DNA from: a virus
Reading direction: 5' to 3' (one strand)
DNA: 64,000 nucleotides
Virus record (IMG/VR): IMGVR_UViG_3300015371_000013
Location: 16,502-80,501 of that record
Shown here: positions 17,437-24,861 of the stretch, piece after piece
Layout: every line of letters begins with the position of its first letter
Position numbering within the stretch: the first letter of the stretch is position 1
The notes under the pieces: generated by a model
The model's input: the letters and a program-made list of their open reading frames with translations, nothing else
What the model was told of the DNA's origin: nothing
The model's database searches: none
Program-made: the position numbers and the translations under genes

Positions 17437-17643
17437 CTACGACTTGTTGAGCTTGGCGGTCTCGAGGTTGAGCTTGGCGGTCTCGAGCTGCATCTGGTTC
17501 ACCTTGAGGCCTGCGTACACGGACGCGCCGGTCAGAGCCACGGGAATGACGATCCACGCGGTCATGATGGCGGCATCCTTGATGCGCTGCTTCTTGGTGG
17601 GCTTGGGCGGCTCGACGACCTTGGGGGTCTCGGGCTCGGACAT
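17437..17643 (-). CDS. cassette-borne membrane protein (68 aa)
   Basis: MSEPETPK..., AAAAGGAG RBS, TM segment, C-terminal LETAKLN x2. Confidence 0.75.
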   Translation of the reverse strand: MSEPETPKVVEPPKPTKKQRIKDAAIMTAWIVIPVALTGASVYAGLKVNQMQLETAKLNLETAKLNKS

Positions 17644-17692
17644 GCAACACTCCTTTTGTAGTGGTTTCATTATGAACTGTGAAATATCCGCG

Positions 17693-17797
17693 AAAGAAAA
17701 GAGAGAGCCACCTACCAACGACTTATAGAAGTTGGGATCCGACCCCCTTAAAGGGGATCTCGTCAAGGCGACTTAGAGAAGCCTAGATGACTCTCTC
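17693..17797 (-). ncRNA. putative cassette-borne sRNA (four-way junction)
   Basis: 14-bp closing stem GAGAGAGUCAUCUA/UAGGUGGCUCUCUC (2 G-U) plus U-tract; three arms, two with CUUCU(C/A)UAAGUCG; bracketed by motifs 17796 and 17667. Confidence 0.75.
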
Positions 17798-17823
17798 ACT
17801 ATAAAGCGTGAATATGGCGCGAA

Positions 17824-18204
17824 TTATATGGTGATACGTTCGAAGTGCAACCCATTCGCATGCGGGTATTTACCGTTCAGATGCTGTGAAAGGTTAGTTT
17901 CCGAGATGCCCTTCGCCAAAGCGGCCTCTGCTTGGCTGCTCCACTTCTCCAGAGTTTCGAGACATCGTACTGGATTAGCCGGGTAATTGCGCTGGTTCAA
18001 ATACTTGATGACCACGTCGACATTCTTTGACTTATTGACTATCAGACCAATGTTGTCAGTACCATTGAACGTCTGAATTACATTGGGGCTTGACACCCCG
18101 CGCAGCAAATATCCCGCGGTAAGACATCCTGCACCAACCAAGTAAACCTTCTTGTTGTCCTTCAAATGCTGCTTGATCTTCTGATAACGCGTAGACTCTT
18201 CCAT
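17824..18204 (-). CDS. TM segment plus NUMOD1-like HTH protein
   Basis: PVRCLETLEKWSSQAEAALAKGIS..NLSQHLNG...GLHFER resembles NUMOD1/IENR1. Confidence 0.75.
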   Translation of the reverse strand: MEESTRYQKIKQHLKDNKKVYLVGAGCLTAGYLLRGVSSPNVIQTFNGTDNIGLIVNKSKNVDVVIKYLNQRNYPANPVRCLETLEKWSSQAEAALAKGISETNLSQHLNGKYPHANGLHFERITI

Positions 18205-18259
18205 GATTTCCTTTAGTTCGTTTGAATAAAAAAGGAAAGCCCCTTTTCGGGGCTCGCCT

Positions 18260-18421
18260 TTAGGCGTAGATCTGAACGACGCCGGGGACGAGGGTGGTCT
18301 CAGCCAGCTTGGCCTGGGACTTGGTGATCATTCGCTCGTACTTGTACACCGCACGGATAGTGCGGAGAACGTTGACGTTTGCGTTGATCTCGGTCTTAAC
18401 GGCCTTGATGGGATGGAACAT
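18260..18421 (-). CDS. cassette-borne small protein (53 aa)
   Basis: Manual ORF MFHPIKAVKTEIN..., AAAGGAG RBS. Confidence 0.7.
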   Translation of the reverse strand: MFHPIKAVKTEINANVNVLRTIRAVYKYERMITKSQAKLAETTLVPGVVQIYA

Positions 18422-18508
18422 AATGGTCTCCTTTGGTGGTTTAGGTCTTCATTATGTACCATGTTTTTCACGCGAAAAAGGAAAGCCCGTGCGGACTCTC
18501 CTTAGAAA

Positions 18509-18706
18509 TTACTTCACCTGGTTGGAAGCTGCCTTGAGGGTTTCGAGGACGATCCTCTTGTCGAGCATCTTGTACGAGATGAATGAGTTGGCGACTGCGG
18601 TAGCACAGTAGATGGAAAAGCATCCGAGTACTAGCTTTTGGCTGCCAGTCATCATCATGATACGAGACCTCCTAAGAGGCTCACGGGTTTCGTTTGACTC
18701 GGGCAT
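18509..18706 (-). CDS. cassette-borne membrane protein (65 aa)
   Basis: AGGAGAG RBS; lies between motif and terminator. Confidence 0.7.
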   Translation of the reverse strand: MPESNETREPLRRSRIMMMTGSQKLVLGCFSIYCATAVANSFISYKMLDKRIVLETLKAASNQVK

Positions 18707-18794
18707 AACTCTCCTAGAGTTGATAGTGGTTTCATTATAGCCTGTGAAAAGTATGCGAAAAACTGAAAGCCCGGGTTAGGGGCTCTCAGTTTGA

Positions 18795-18932
18795 TTAGCT
18801 GCTCTTCTTCGAAAGCAGATGATCGGCGATGACGATTGAACTCGTTGCCAGCGTAAGCCACGCACTGGCCCGAGTGGCCCGATGGGCGTGGGGGGCGGTG
18901 ACGTGGATGACGGCGGCGAGCTTGTTCTTCAT
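18795..18932 (-). CDS. cassette-borne small protein (45 aa)
   Basis: Manual ORF MKNKLAAVIH..., GAAGGAG RBS. Confidence 0.7.
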   Translation of the reverse strand: MKNKLAAVIHVTAPHAHRATRASAWLTLATSSIVIADHLLSKKSS

Positions 18933-19030
18933 GGCAAATCTCCTTCTGATAAGAGGGTTTACTTTTCATTAGAAGCTATGAAATATCCGCGAAAAACCTA
19001 GAGACCGGGTTAGGGTCTCAGGGTTTTGAA

Positions 19031-19222
19031 CTAGAACTTACGGGCGATGATGACTTGGGAGTTCGGCTCGAGTGCGGCCAGAGCATCGACATGTTCCTGG
19101 ATGCGGCGCTGACGCTCCTGCTCTTCCCCAGCTGCAGCGAATGCAGTGAGGGTGAACAGAGCGGCGCCACCCAGGGCCTTGCCGGTGTTGCGGGCGTACT
19201 TCTTGGCGGTTTCCTTGGTCAT
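19031..19222 (-). CDS. cassette-borne membrane protein (63 aa)
   Basis: AAAAGGAG RBS; hydrophobic segment. Confidence 0.75.
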   Translation of the reverse strand: MTKETAKKYARNTGKALGGAALFTLTAFAAAGEEQERQRRIQEHVDALAALEPNSQVIIARKF

Positions 19223-19322
19223 GGTTTTTCTCCTTTTGAGTTTGATTTAGTTCTCATTATAAGACATGAAAATTACGCGAAAAAAGAAAGAAAGAGAATC
19301 CGATGCGGACTCCCTTCTTGAT

Positions 19323-19454
19323 TTAGACCTGCGAGGTGTACTGGTGACCAACGTCTTGTAGACTGGCGTACACGTCCATTGCAAATATGCTTCCCATCGC
19401 GAGGATGGTGAGCAGGATTACAACGAACATGAGGCGTCCGAGGGACAGGGTCAT
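19323..19454 (-). CDS. cassette-borne membrane peptide (43 aa)
   Basis: Manual ORF MTLSLGRLMFVVILLTILAMGSIFAM..., AAGGAG RBS. Confidence 0.7.
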   Translation of the reverse strand: MTLSLGRLMFVVILLTILAMGSIFAMDVYASLQDVGHQYTSQV

Positions 19455-19542
19455 GAGGTATCTCCTTGTTTAGGTTTGGTTTCATTATACTCCATGAAAT
19501 ATGCGCGAAAAAGGAAAGCCCGTGCGGACTCTCCTGTTGAGG

Positions 19543-19761
19543 TTACTTCTTGGGGTTAATGTTCTCGACAGCGCGCCTGGCGGAAGTGAGAGCGATCTGC
19601 TCCTCGAGGTACATGATGCGGGCATTGACCTTGTTGGTGTGGCTCTCGCTAGCGGCAGGGCTAGCGGAAAGCTGCCAACGAGTCATTTCGGCATTCAGGT
19701 ACTCGAGGATGGCATCAAGCTTCTCAACTTCTGTAATAGGCTTACGGGTCTTGAAAAACAT
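19543..19761 (-). CDS. cassette-borne helical protein (72 aa)
   Basis: AAGGAG RBS; lies between motif and terminator. Confidence 0.75.
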   Translation of the reverse strand: MFFKTRKPITEVEKLDAILEYLNAEMTRWQLSASPAASESHTNKVNARIMYLEEQIALTSARRAVENINPKK

Positions 19762-19842
19762 GTTGACTCCTTGATAGTGGTTTCACTATAATCCATGAAA
19801 TATGCGCGAAAAAGGAAAGCCTGGGTAGGCTCTCCTGTGAAA

Positions 19843-20019
19843 CTAATTGTTCTGCTGGGAAACGTCGGCTTCGAACTTGCGCTTATTTCGGCGGTCCAGA
19901 TAGTTGACGAATCCGATACCCACGACGATCAGAGTAGCGTTGAGGGCAACGTACTGAACGGGGTGACTACGAATCCAGTCGTACTGGACCTCCTGAGACT
20001 TGCGGTAAAGCTTGAACAT
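19843..20019 (-). CDS. cassette-borne membrane protein (58 aa)
   Basis: MFKLYRKS..., one TM segment. Confidence 0.7.
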   Translation of the reverse strand: MFKLYRKSQEVQYDWIRSHPVQYVALNATLIVVGIGFVNYLDRRNKRKFEADVSQQNN

Positions 20020-20113
20020 TGGAGTTCTCCAGTGTAGAGGTTTGGTTTCATTATAACCCATGAAATATGCGCGTAAAAAAAGAGAAGCCGGGTTAGGACT
20101 CCTCTCTAACGAT

Positions 20114-20347
20114 CTAATCGATGGGAATCAGGTCGTAGTGAAATCGCGGAAAGCCGATACGTCTCATCTGGAAACGATAACGACCGGGCGGCACGGTGCG
20201 GAAATCTCCGTCCTGACACATGTTCATGAAAGTTCCGTGAAGAATCTTTTCTTTTTGTGTCGGGTCAGAGGTGACATAGGCAACGTGGGCCACATCGTCG
20301 TCGTTTATAGTGACGAGAATATAGGGTTTTGACGATTTTCGAAACAT
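20114..20347 (-). CDS. cassette-borne hypothetical protein (77 aa)
   Basis: GAAAGGA RBS. Confidence 0.75.
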   Translation of the reverse strand: MFRKSSKPYILVTINDDDVAHVAYVTSDPTQKEKILHGTFMNMCQDGDFRTVPPGRYRFQMRRIGFPRFHYDLIPID

Positions 20348-20434
20348 GATGTTCCTTTCGGGTAGGTGTCATTATAAGCTGTGAAATGTTCGCGAAAAAA
20401 GAAAGTCCCGGATTGAGACTCTCTTTTTGACTAC

Positions 20435-20683
20435 TTACACGACAGGACTCGCTTCGTTGAGGACGAAGATGTTGAGGCGATCAGAAGTCCACTTGAGAGC
20501 ATCTCCTGGATTGTCCAGCAGCTTCTGGAGATTCTCAGGGCTGACCGAGAGGAACAGATCGCTGGTGTTGTTGGACATCAGGCGATGTGCTCCTACGGCT
20601 CCTGCAATAACTCCAGCACCGTAGACGATGACAGTGTGATGCTTCCGATAGAACTTCTTAGCACGTTGGTACTTGTCGTTCAC
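20435..20683 (-). CDS. cassette-borne membrane protein (82 aa)
   Basis: GTG start VNDKYQ after AAAGGAG. Confidence 0.7.
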   Translation of the reverse strand: MNDKYQRAKKFYRKHHTVIVYGAGVIAGAVGAHRLMSNNTSDLFLSVSPENLQKLLDNPGDALKWTSDRLNIFVLNEASPVV

Positions 20684-20777
20684 GAAATACTCCTTTGAGT
20701 AGTAGGTTGTCACTATACCCCATGAAATATGTGCGAAGACAAAAAGAGAAGCCGCGTTAGGGCTCCTCTCTTTGAGA

Positions 20778-20999
20778 CTACTTCACCATGTAGATGGCGT
20801 AGCCGTGTCCAACGACTTTGACACTCATCTCGAACAGGTCATCGTGGTCAATGATCCTGTGGTTTGTGGTATCGGTGGGGCCATCGATCTCGAAGACGAA
20901 CCAGGTATGTTCTTCTTCAATCTCGGGACGGACGCCACCGTTCAGAACCTGGATCAAATCCAGAGTGTTCTGTTCGATGGGAATGGCGTATGTGGACAC
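20778..20999 (-). CDS. cassette-borne hypothetical protein (73 aa)
   Basis: GTG start VSTYAIP after AAAGGAGG. Confidence 0.7.
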   Translation of the reverse strand: MSTYAIPIEQNTLDLIQVLNGGVRPEIEEEHTWFVFEIDGPTDTTNHRIIDHDDLFEMSVKVVGHGYAIYMVK

Positions 21000-21194
21000 G
21001 AAAATCCTCCTTTGGTTAGGTGTGGTTTCACTATAAACCATGAAATATACGCGCCAGTATTTACAGTAAATGCGAGTCAGTATCTGGACTTTTCACCAAA
21101 ATTACCCCCCGGGAATTTTTTGATAGTGAAAAAAAGAGAGGCTGTGTTTTTCACACGAACCTCTCTCTTCGATAACTTATTTCAGGATTTGGCG

Positions 21195-21545
21195 TTACGA
21201 TCGAGGCTTCATCACGAAGCCAAGCGCGGATCTGCTTCTGATCACATGTTCGCGCTCGTAGCGGGCCAACCAGAGGATCCCGAAGATATTGGCGGCGACG
21301 ACAAGCACGGTGTCCGGGCTGATCTGCTTGCTGAATCCGAATCGTCGTTCATCCGCCAGTTCCTGCTCTTGTTTTTTCAGTTTGGCGGTCTGTTCGACTT
21401 CTTCGATCTTCAGTTTGTGCAGCTCGGAAATATGCTTGACAATCGATGCGTATTCCTCGGAGGTCTTCGCATGGTTTGGCAGCTCTTTGAGGGCGGCTTG
21501 GATCTCAGCATCGAGCTTGGTCTCGATTTGAGTCTTGATAAACAA
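21195..21545 (-). CDS. cassette-borne membrane protein (116 aa)
   Basis: ISPDT.LVV.ANI.GIL....YE...VI.S.ALGFVMK motif, typical of the first post-lysis gene in this group. Confidence 0.8.
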   Translation of the reverse strand: MFIKTQIETKLDAEIQAALKELPNHAKTSEEYASIVKHISELHKLKIEEVEQTAKLKKQEQELADERRFGFSKQISPDTVLVVAANIFGILWLARYEREHVIRSRSALGFVMKPRS

Positions 21546-21598
21546 TTACTCTCCTTTGATAGGGTTGTCATTATAGGCTGTGTATCAGCCGCGAAACC

Positions 21599-21688
21599 CT
21601 ATAACCCAGGTAGCCAGGCAATGAGGAAGATGGTCACCACCGCAAATATGCCGATGATGCAGATGACCAAGATCCCTAACCTATTCAC
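21599..21688 (-). CDS. small TM peptide (29 aa)
   Basis: Manual ORF overlapping the holin stop. Confidence 0.5.
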   Translation of the reverse strand: MNRLGILVICIIGIFAVVTIFLIAWLPGL

Positions 21689-21998
21689 GTACCACCTTGA
21701 ACGTCACTTCGTCTTTCTTCTCAAGCAATTCTGGATCGTCGTTGAGTTCTAAAGAGAATATCTTCTTATCCCCTACCTCTTTTACAACAAGGTCTCCTCC
21801 TGTAGCATCCTTTTGGTATTTGCTGGAGGACAACTGCAAAAGCACTCCGATAAAGGTATCCACCGCTACAATGGTTCCCACGACTTGTTCCGCCGCCGGT
21901 AGGCCCCAAATCCCTGCCAAGGTGAAATATAACGTTCCCACCGCTGGGAGGGCAATCTGAGCCAGAAACTTGAGTCGATCATAAAGAGTATTGCTCAT
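21681..21998 (-). CDS. holin (Dp-1-like)
   Basis: [51 protein letters not shown]. Confidence 0.85.
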   Translation of the reverse strand: MSNTLYDRLKFLAQIALPAVGTLYFTLAGIWGLPAAEQVVGTIVAVDTFIGVLLQLSSSKYQKDATGGDLVVKEVGDKKIFSLELNDDPELLEKKDEVTFKVVRE

Positions 21999-22345
21999 TC
22001 CTTGAAACATACGTAGAGGGTCTCCTGGCCTCCTGGGTGATTGATGATGAGACGACCAAATACAAATCCGGCCGGACAAGTAGTACCCCCAGGTTCACCC
22101 TTAGGCCCCGCTGGACCCGGCTCGCCTTTCTCGCCTTTCTCGCCTTTCTCTCCTTTCTCTCCTTGTTCGCCTTTGGGACCCGGTGGCCCGGCTGGGCCTG
22201 GTGGTCCTGGCTCCCCATTTTTGATAGTGATGGTCCTTGTCGGCCCTTCATCGGTTTGGGATACAGCTTGGCTGGCGAAAAATCCTGCGGCCCCTGTGAG
22301 TGCCAGTCCGCTGGCGAGCATTAACGCTGTGATTCGGCTACTCAT
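21995..22345 (-). CDS. exported collagen-like protein
   Basis: Signal/TM segment, G-X-Y repeats (GEK x4), C-terminal Cys pair. Confidence 0.7.
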   Translation of the reverse strand: MSSRITALMLASGLALTGAAGFFASQAVSQTDEGPTRTITIKNGEPGPPGPAGPPGPKGEQGEKGEKGEKGEKGEPGPAGPKGEPGGTTCPAGFVFGRLIINHPGGQETLYVCFKE

Positions 22346-22568
22346 CAGCCTCTCCATACTTTAGTCGTAGTTCTCGGAGCTCCTTTGAGAGTTTCTCGGT
22401 AGTACGTTCTTCTTCCAGTAGTCGTTCGTGGCACTTACGACTGGCTTCTTCAGCTGCGTTCTTACGGGTTGAAATATGACTTAGGACGGCCATGGCAATC
22501 CCCATAAGGGAGCAACCCGCCGCAATGATCCCGAATATTGTGGGTTCTGCGATTGCCAACACCATCAT
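22338..22568 (-). CDS. membrane protein with coiled coil (lysis region)
   Basis: 76 aa; TM segment plus coiled coil. Confidence 0.7.
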   Translation of the reverse strand: MMVLAIAEPTIFGIIAAGCSLMGIAMAVLSHISTRKNAAEEASRKCHERLLEEERTTEKLSKELRELRLKYGEADE

Positions 22569-23780
22569 TCACGTTCCCGCCTCCGGGTTAATAACCGCGA
22601 TCGTTGGGTATTCCCGTTCTCCGCTCTTGTCTTGTGATCGAATATACTCAGTAACTCTAGACTTGGTAATCAGTCCAGTGATGCCCTTGAGCTCAATTAC
22701 GTCTCCCAGCCCGTAGTTCACTCCGTACTTGTAGTCGTTGTTAGGCGACGTCTGACCGTCGATGGCTCGAATATAATTGTGATTGGCCAGAGCGTCCTTG
22801 GCGTTTTGGTCAATAAAGGCTAGGATCTCGTCGGGACCGACAACATACTCTGTCCATCTTTGAAGAACCCCTCCATATATTGTAACTTTTCGACCCACCG
22901 GCTCACCCTCAGCATCGGTTACCATCACCCGTCTCGCAAACCCCTCGGGCTTGGGAAGCGTAGGTTCAGCGTATCGAGTATATAGCTTTCCCTTGTACCA
23001 CACATAGATGACGTTCTTGTAGTCCGCATTGGATCGAATCTCTTTGAGATCCGACAGTGAATCCATGTCAGGCACCAAGCGAACCAGAGGATATGCGCTG
23101 CCCGTGGTGTGATCCACGCCTTTATAAGTCTTGAACTTTAGGACATAGCCCTCATCGATGGTAGCCGAGTCCAAATATAACGAGAGCCCAACTCCCTCCT
23201 GCTGAGCCAGATGGACTATGCCGTCATACAACGGCCCGGTGGGAATCGTGAGTCGTTTGGCGGTTCCCGAAGTATCGGTATCACCCAGTTCAAGATGCTC
23301 GATCGTTTCATAAGGCCAGTCAAGGTTGACCACGTTCTGAAAATCAGTGTACCCGGTACCAGTCATGGGCACCGGATGAATAACCATCTTGTCGACTACA
23401 TAAGATATGAATTCGCCCGGCTTCTTGGCGTTTGGTTGATCAAGCGTAAAGTCTACAATCTTTGGAGAATTTTCGTCACTGGGATTGTAGTCAGGATTCT
23501 TAAACCATACAAGCCGATTATTGAGAAATTCTATCAGCGACGAGCCTAGAATCGTCATCAGCCGTTCCTCAATCGACTGAGTATGCAAATACATGACCTC
23601 TTTGGTCCCCCGCAAGGCCAGAAACGTACCTGGAGTCAACTTTTCGATGTTACTTGGCGTAGCAGGCACCACCAGTTGTACATCTCCTGCTGAATAATAT
23701 CGTTCTGTCCAGATGGCGGAGACAAATTCGTCAATAACGTCCTTGGGGAGAAAGGTGTCGGTGAGAGTATAGAGATCCAC
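22569..23780 (-). CDS. minor tail protein (ReqiPepy6 gp37-like)
   Basis: SAIWTERYYSAGD and YGVNYGLGDVI...RVTEYIRSQD..G..EYPT motifs; follows Dit. Confidence 0.85.
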   Translation of the reverse strand: MDLYTLTDTFLPKDVIDEFVSAIWTERYYSAGDVQLVVPATPSNIEKLTPGTFLALRGTKEVMYLHTQSIEERLMTILGSSLIEFLNNRLVWFKNPDYNPSDENSPKIVDFTLDQPNAKKPGEFISYVVDKMVIHPVPMTGTGYTDFQNVVNLDWPYETIEHLELGDTDTSGTAKRLTIPTGPLYDGIVHLAQQEGVGLSLYLDSATIDEGYVLKFKTYKGVDHTTGSAYPLVRLVPDMDSLSDLKEIRSNADYKNVIYVWYKGKLYTRYAEPTLPKPEGFARRVMVTDAEGEPVGRKVTIYGGVLQRWTEYVVGPDEILAFIDQNAKDALANHNYIRAIDGQTSPNNDYKYGVNYGLGDVIELKGITGLITKSRVTEYIRSQDKSGEREYPTIAVINPEAGT

Positions 23781-24628
23781 TACAACCCACCGAACCGGTT
23801 GTAATAGGCCATGACCCAATTTTGCCCCGTCTCAGCTGCTGCTACCGACAGCAGATTAGTCCCCGGACGAATCTCGGGCCACACCGAATCCGCCGTCATC
23901 TTCGACAATACGTTCGTGACCGCGCCATCCTCTCGAGATACTACCTGGGCCCGCTTTTCGTTTCTCACGGAGCTGAGCTTGAAATATCTCGTCGCATCGA
24001 CCAATACGCCTTCCACCTCAAAGTGTTGAGGATCTTCGGGAGCCTTGGTCTGGATAGTAATATCCCCGGTATAGGTCGGCTTGGCCACTGATCCATCGAC
24101 TCGAAGCTCAAATCCGGTGGATACAGTTCCGACATACTCAAACTCCAACTCAGAGGTGCCATCGTCGACCACGCCTTCATAGAGAGTAGCATCGATGTCG
24201 ATGAAATCCGGACGATGACACAGGATGGAGATTTGGATCTCCGGGTCCTCTGAGAATATGTTCGGCTCGAAACTCTCGACCACGCCTTCGATGTCGACCG
24301 TAGGCAAGTCTTCACTGAAGAACCGAAGTTTGGTCCACGCCTCGGGAAGAAAATATGCATACAACTGATGACGAAGATTGGTCATGGTCTGATCGACCCA
24401 GTTCGGGTTTAACCCAAGATTTAAGACGATGTTTCGTTTACCGATAGAGCTGCCTTGAAACAGTTCTCCACGTCCCGAGGCGAAGGCGGTAGAGGCCAGT
24501 TCGGCCTTGACCGGTCCCAATCCGTCGATCGTACGAAGTTGCACTGGGTCATCGTTCGGCATGAAACCGCCCAGCGGGAGCTCTGGCGCGGACGGATTCG
24601 AGCTAAACACTTCCAACCTTCTTAGCAC
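23780..24628 (-). CDS. distal tail protein (Dit-like)
   Basis: IDGLGPVKA, RNIVL.L, WPEIRPGTN motifs; follows tape measure. Confidence 0.85.
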   Translation of the reverse strand: MLRRLEVFSSNPSAPELPLGGFMPNDDPVQLRTIDGLGPVKAELASTAFASGRGELFQGSSIGKRNIVLNLGLNPNWVDQTMTNLRHQLYAYFLPEAWTKLRFFSEDLPTVDIEGVVESFEPNIFSEDPEIQISILCHRPDFIDIDATLYEGVVDDGTSELEFEYVGTVSTGFELRVDGSVAKPTYTGDITIQTKAPEDPQHFEVEGVLVDATRYFKLSSVRNEKRAQVVSREDGAVTNVLSKMTADSVWPEIRPGTNLLSVAAAETGQNWVMAYYNRFGGL

Positions 24629-24656
24629 GCTCAGACCTCCTTTCGGAATATGAGTA

Positions 24657-24855
24657 CCTCAGCCAGGCCCCGCAAGGCGATTTCCCACACATTCCTCGAG
24701 GGAGTATGTAGTCCTCACGAGACCTGGCCAAGCTTCCTCAGCCGGGCCCTGGATGACGCGAAGGCAGAGTCGCGGGCGGGCGCAACCCTACCTTTTCCAG
24801 GACCCGGCCAAGTTGATGGCGCGGAGCCCAGAGCTTTGACACCCTGGGCCCCGCG
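24657..24855 (-). ncRNA. tandem long-stem RNA elements between tape measure and Dit
   Basis: Two units (24658-24732, 24737-24812) closed by CUUGGCCRGGUC...GGCCYGGCUGAG with covariation, plus a hairpin at 24820-24855. Confidence 0.6.
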
Positions 24856-24861
24856 TACGGG

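Larger units (their letters stand above)
17398..21170 (-). terminator. series of related intrinsic terminators closing each cassette
   Basis: Hairpin plus T-tract near 17398, 18228, 18475, 18758, 18992, 19281, 19508, 19809, 20075, 20395, 20741, 21129. Consensus GAGAG-CC...GG-CTTTC-TTTT with G-U pairs; the 18475 and 19508 copies are identical over 28 nt. Confidence 0.8.
6993..21594 (-). repeat. 20 dispersed copies of a 27-bp promoter-like motif TCGCR-N14-TATARTGA
   Basis: Copies start (+ coordinates, each about 27 bp) at 6993, 7131, 7517, 11919, 13162, 13812, 14482, 17667, 17796, 18449, 18732, 18966, 19254, 19482, 19783, 20048, 20369, 20710, 21028, 21568. Spacing is invariant, the -10-like hexamer is TATAAT/TATAGT (variants CATAAT, TCTAAT, TTTAAT), and all copies are co-oriented. 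Confidence 0.9.

Noticed and set aside
17693-17797. tRNA
   Set aside because: Four-way shape, but the 14-bp closing stem, missing TTC T-loop and D-loop GG, and absent CCA do not fit.
18655-19485. ORF-track calls starting at the ATG inside TATAATG (18655-18969, 19273-19485) and similar upstream extensions
   Set aside because: They run through terminators and motifs; shorter RBS-led ORFs fit each cassette exactly.
6993-21594. CRISPR, TIGR or integron interpretation of the repeated motif
   Set aside because: Repeats are degenerate, spacing is irregular, and most intervals are RBS-led ORFs. No cas, Nop-domain or integrase gene is visible in the window.
24657-24855. Hammerhead ribozyme (CUGAGGA ... 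GAAA on the minus strand)
   Set aside because: No stem II joins the two core segments; both are buried in other helices.
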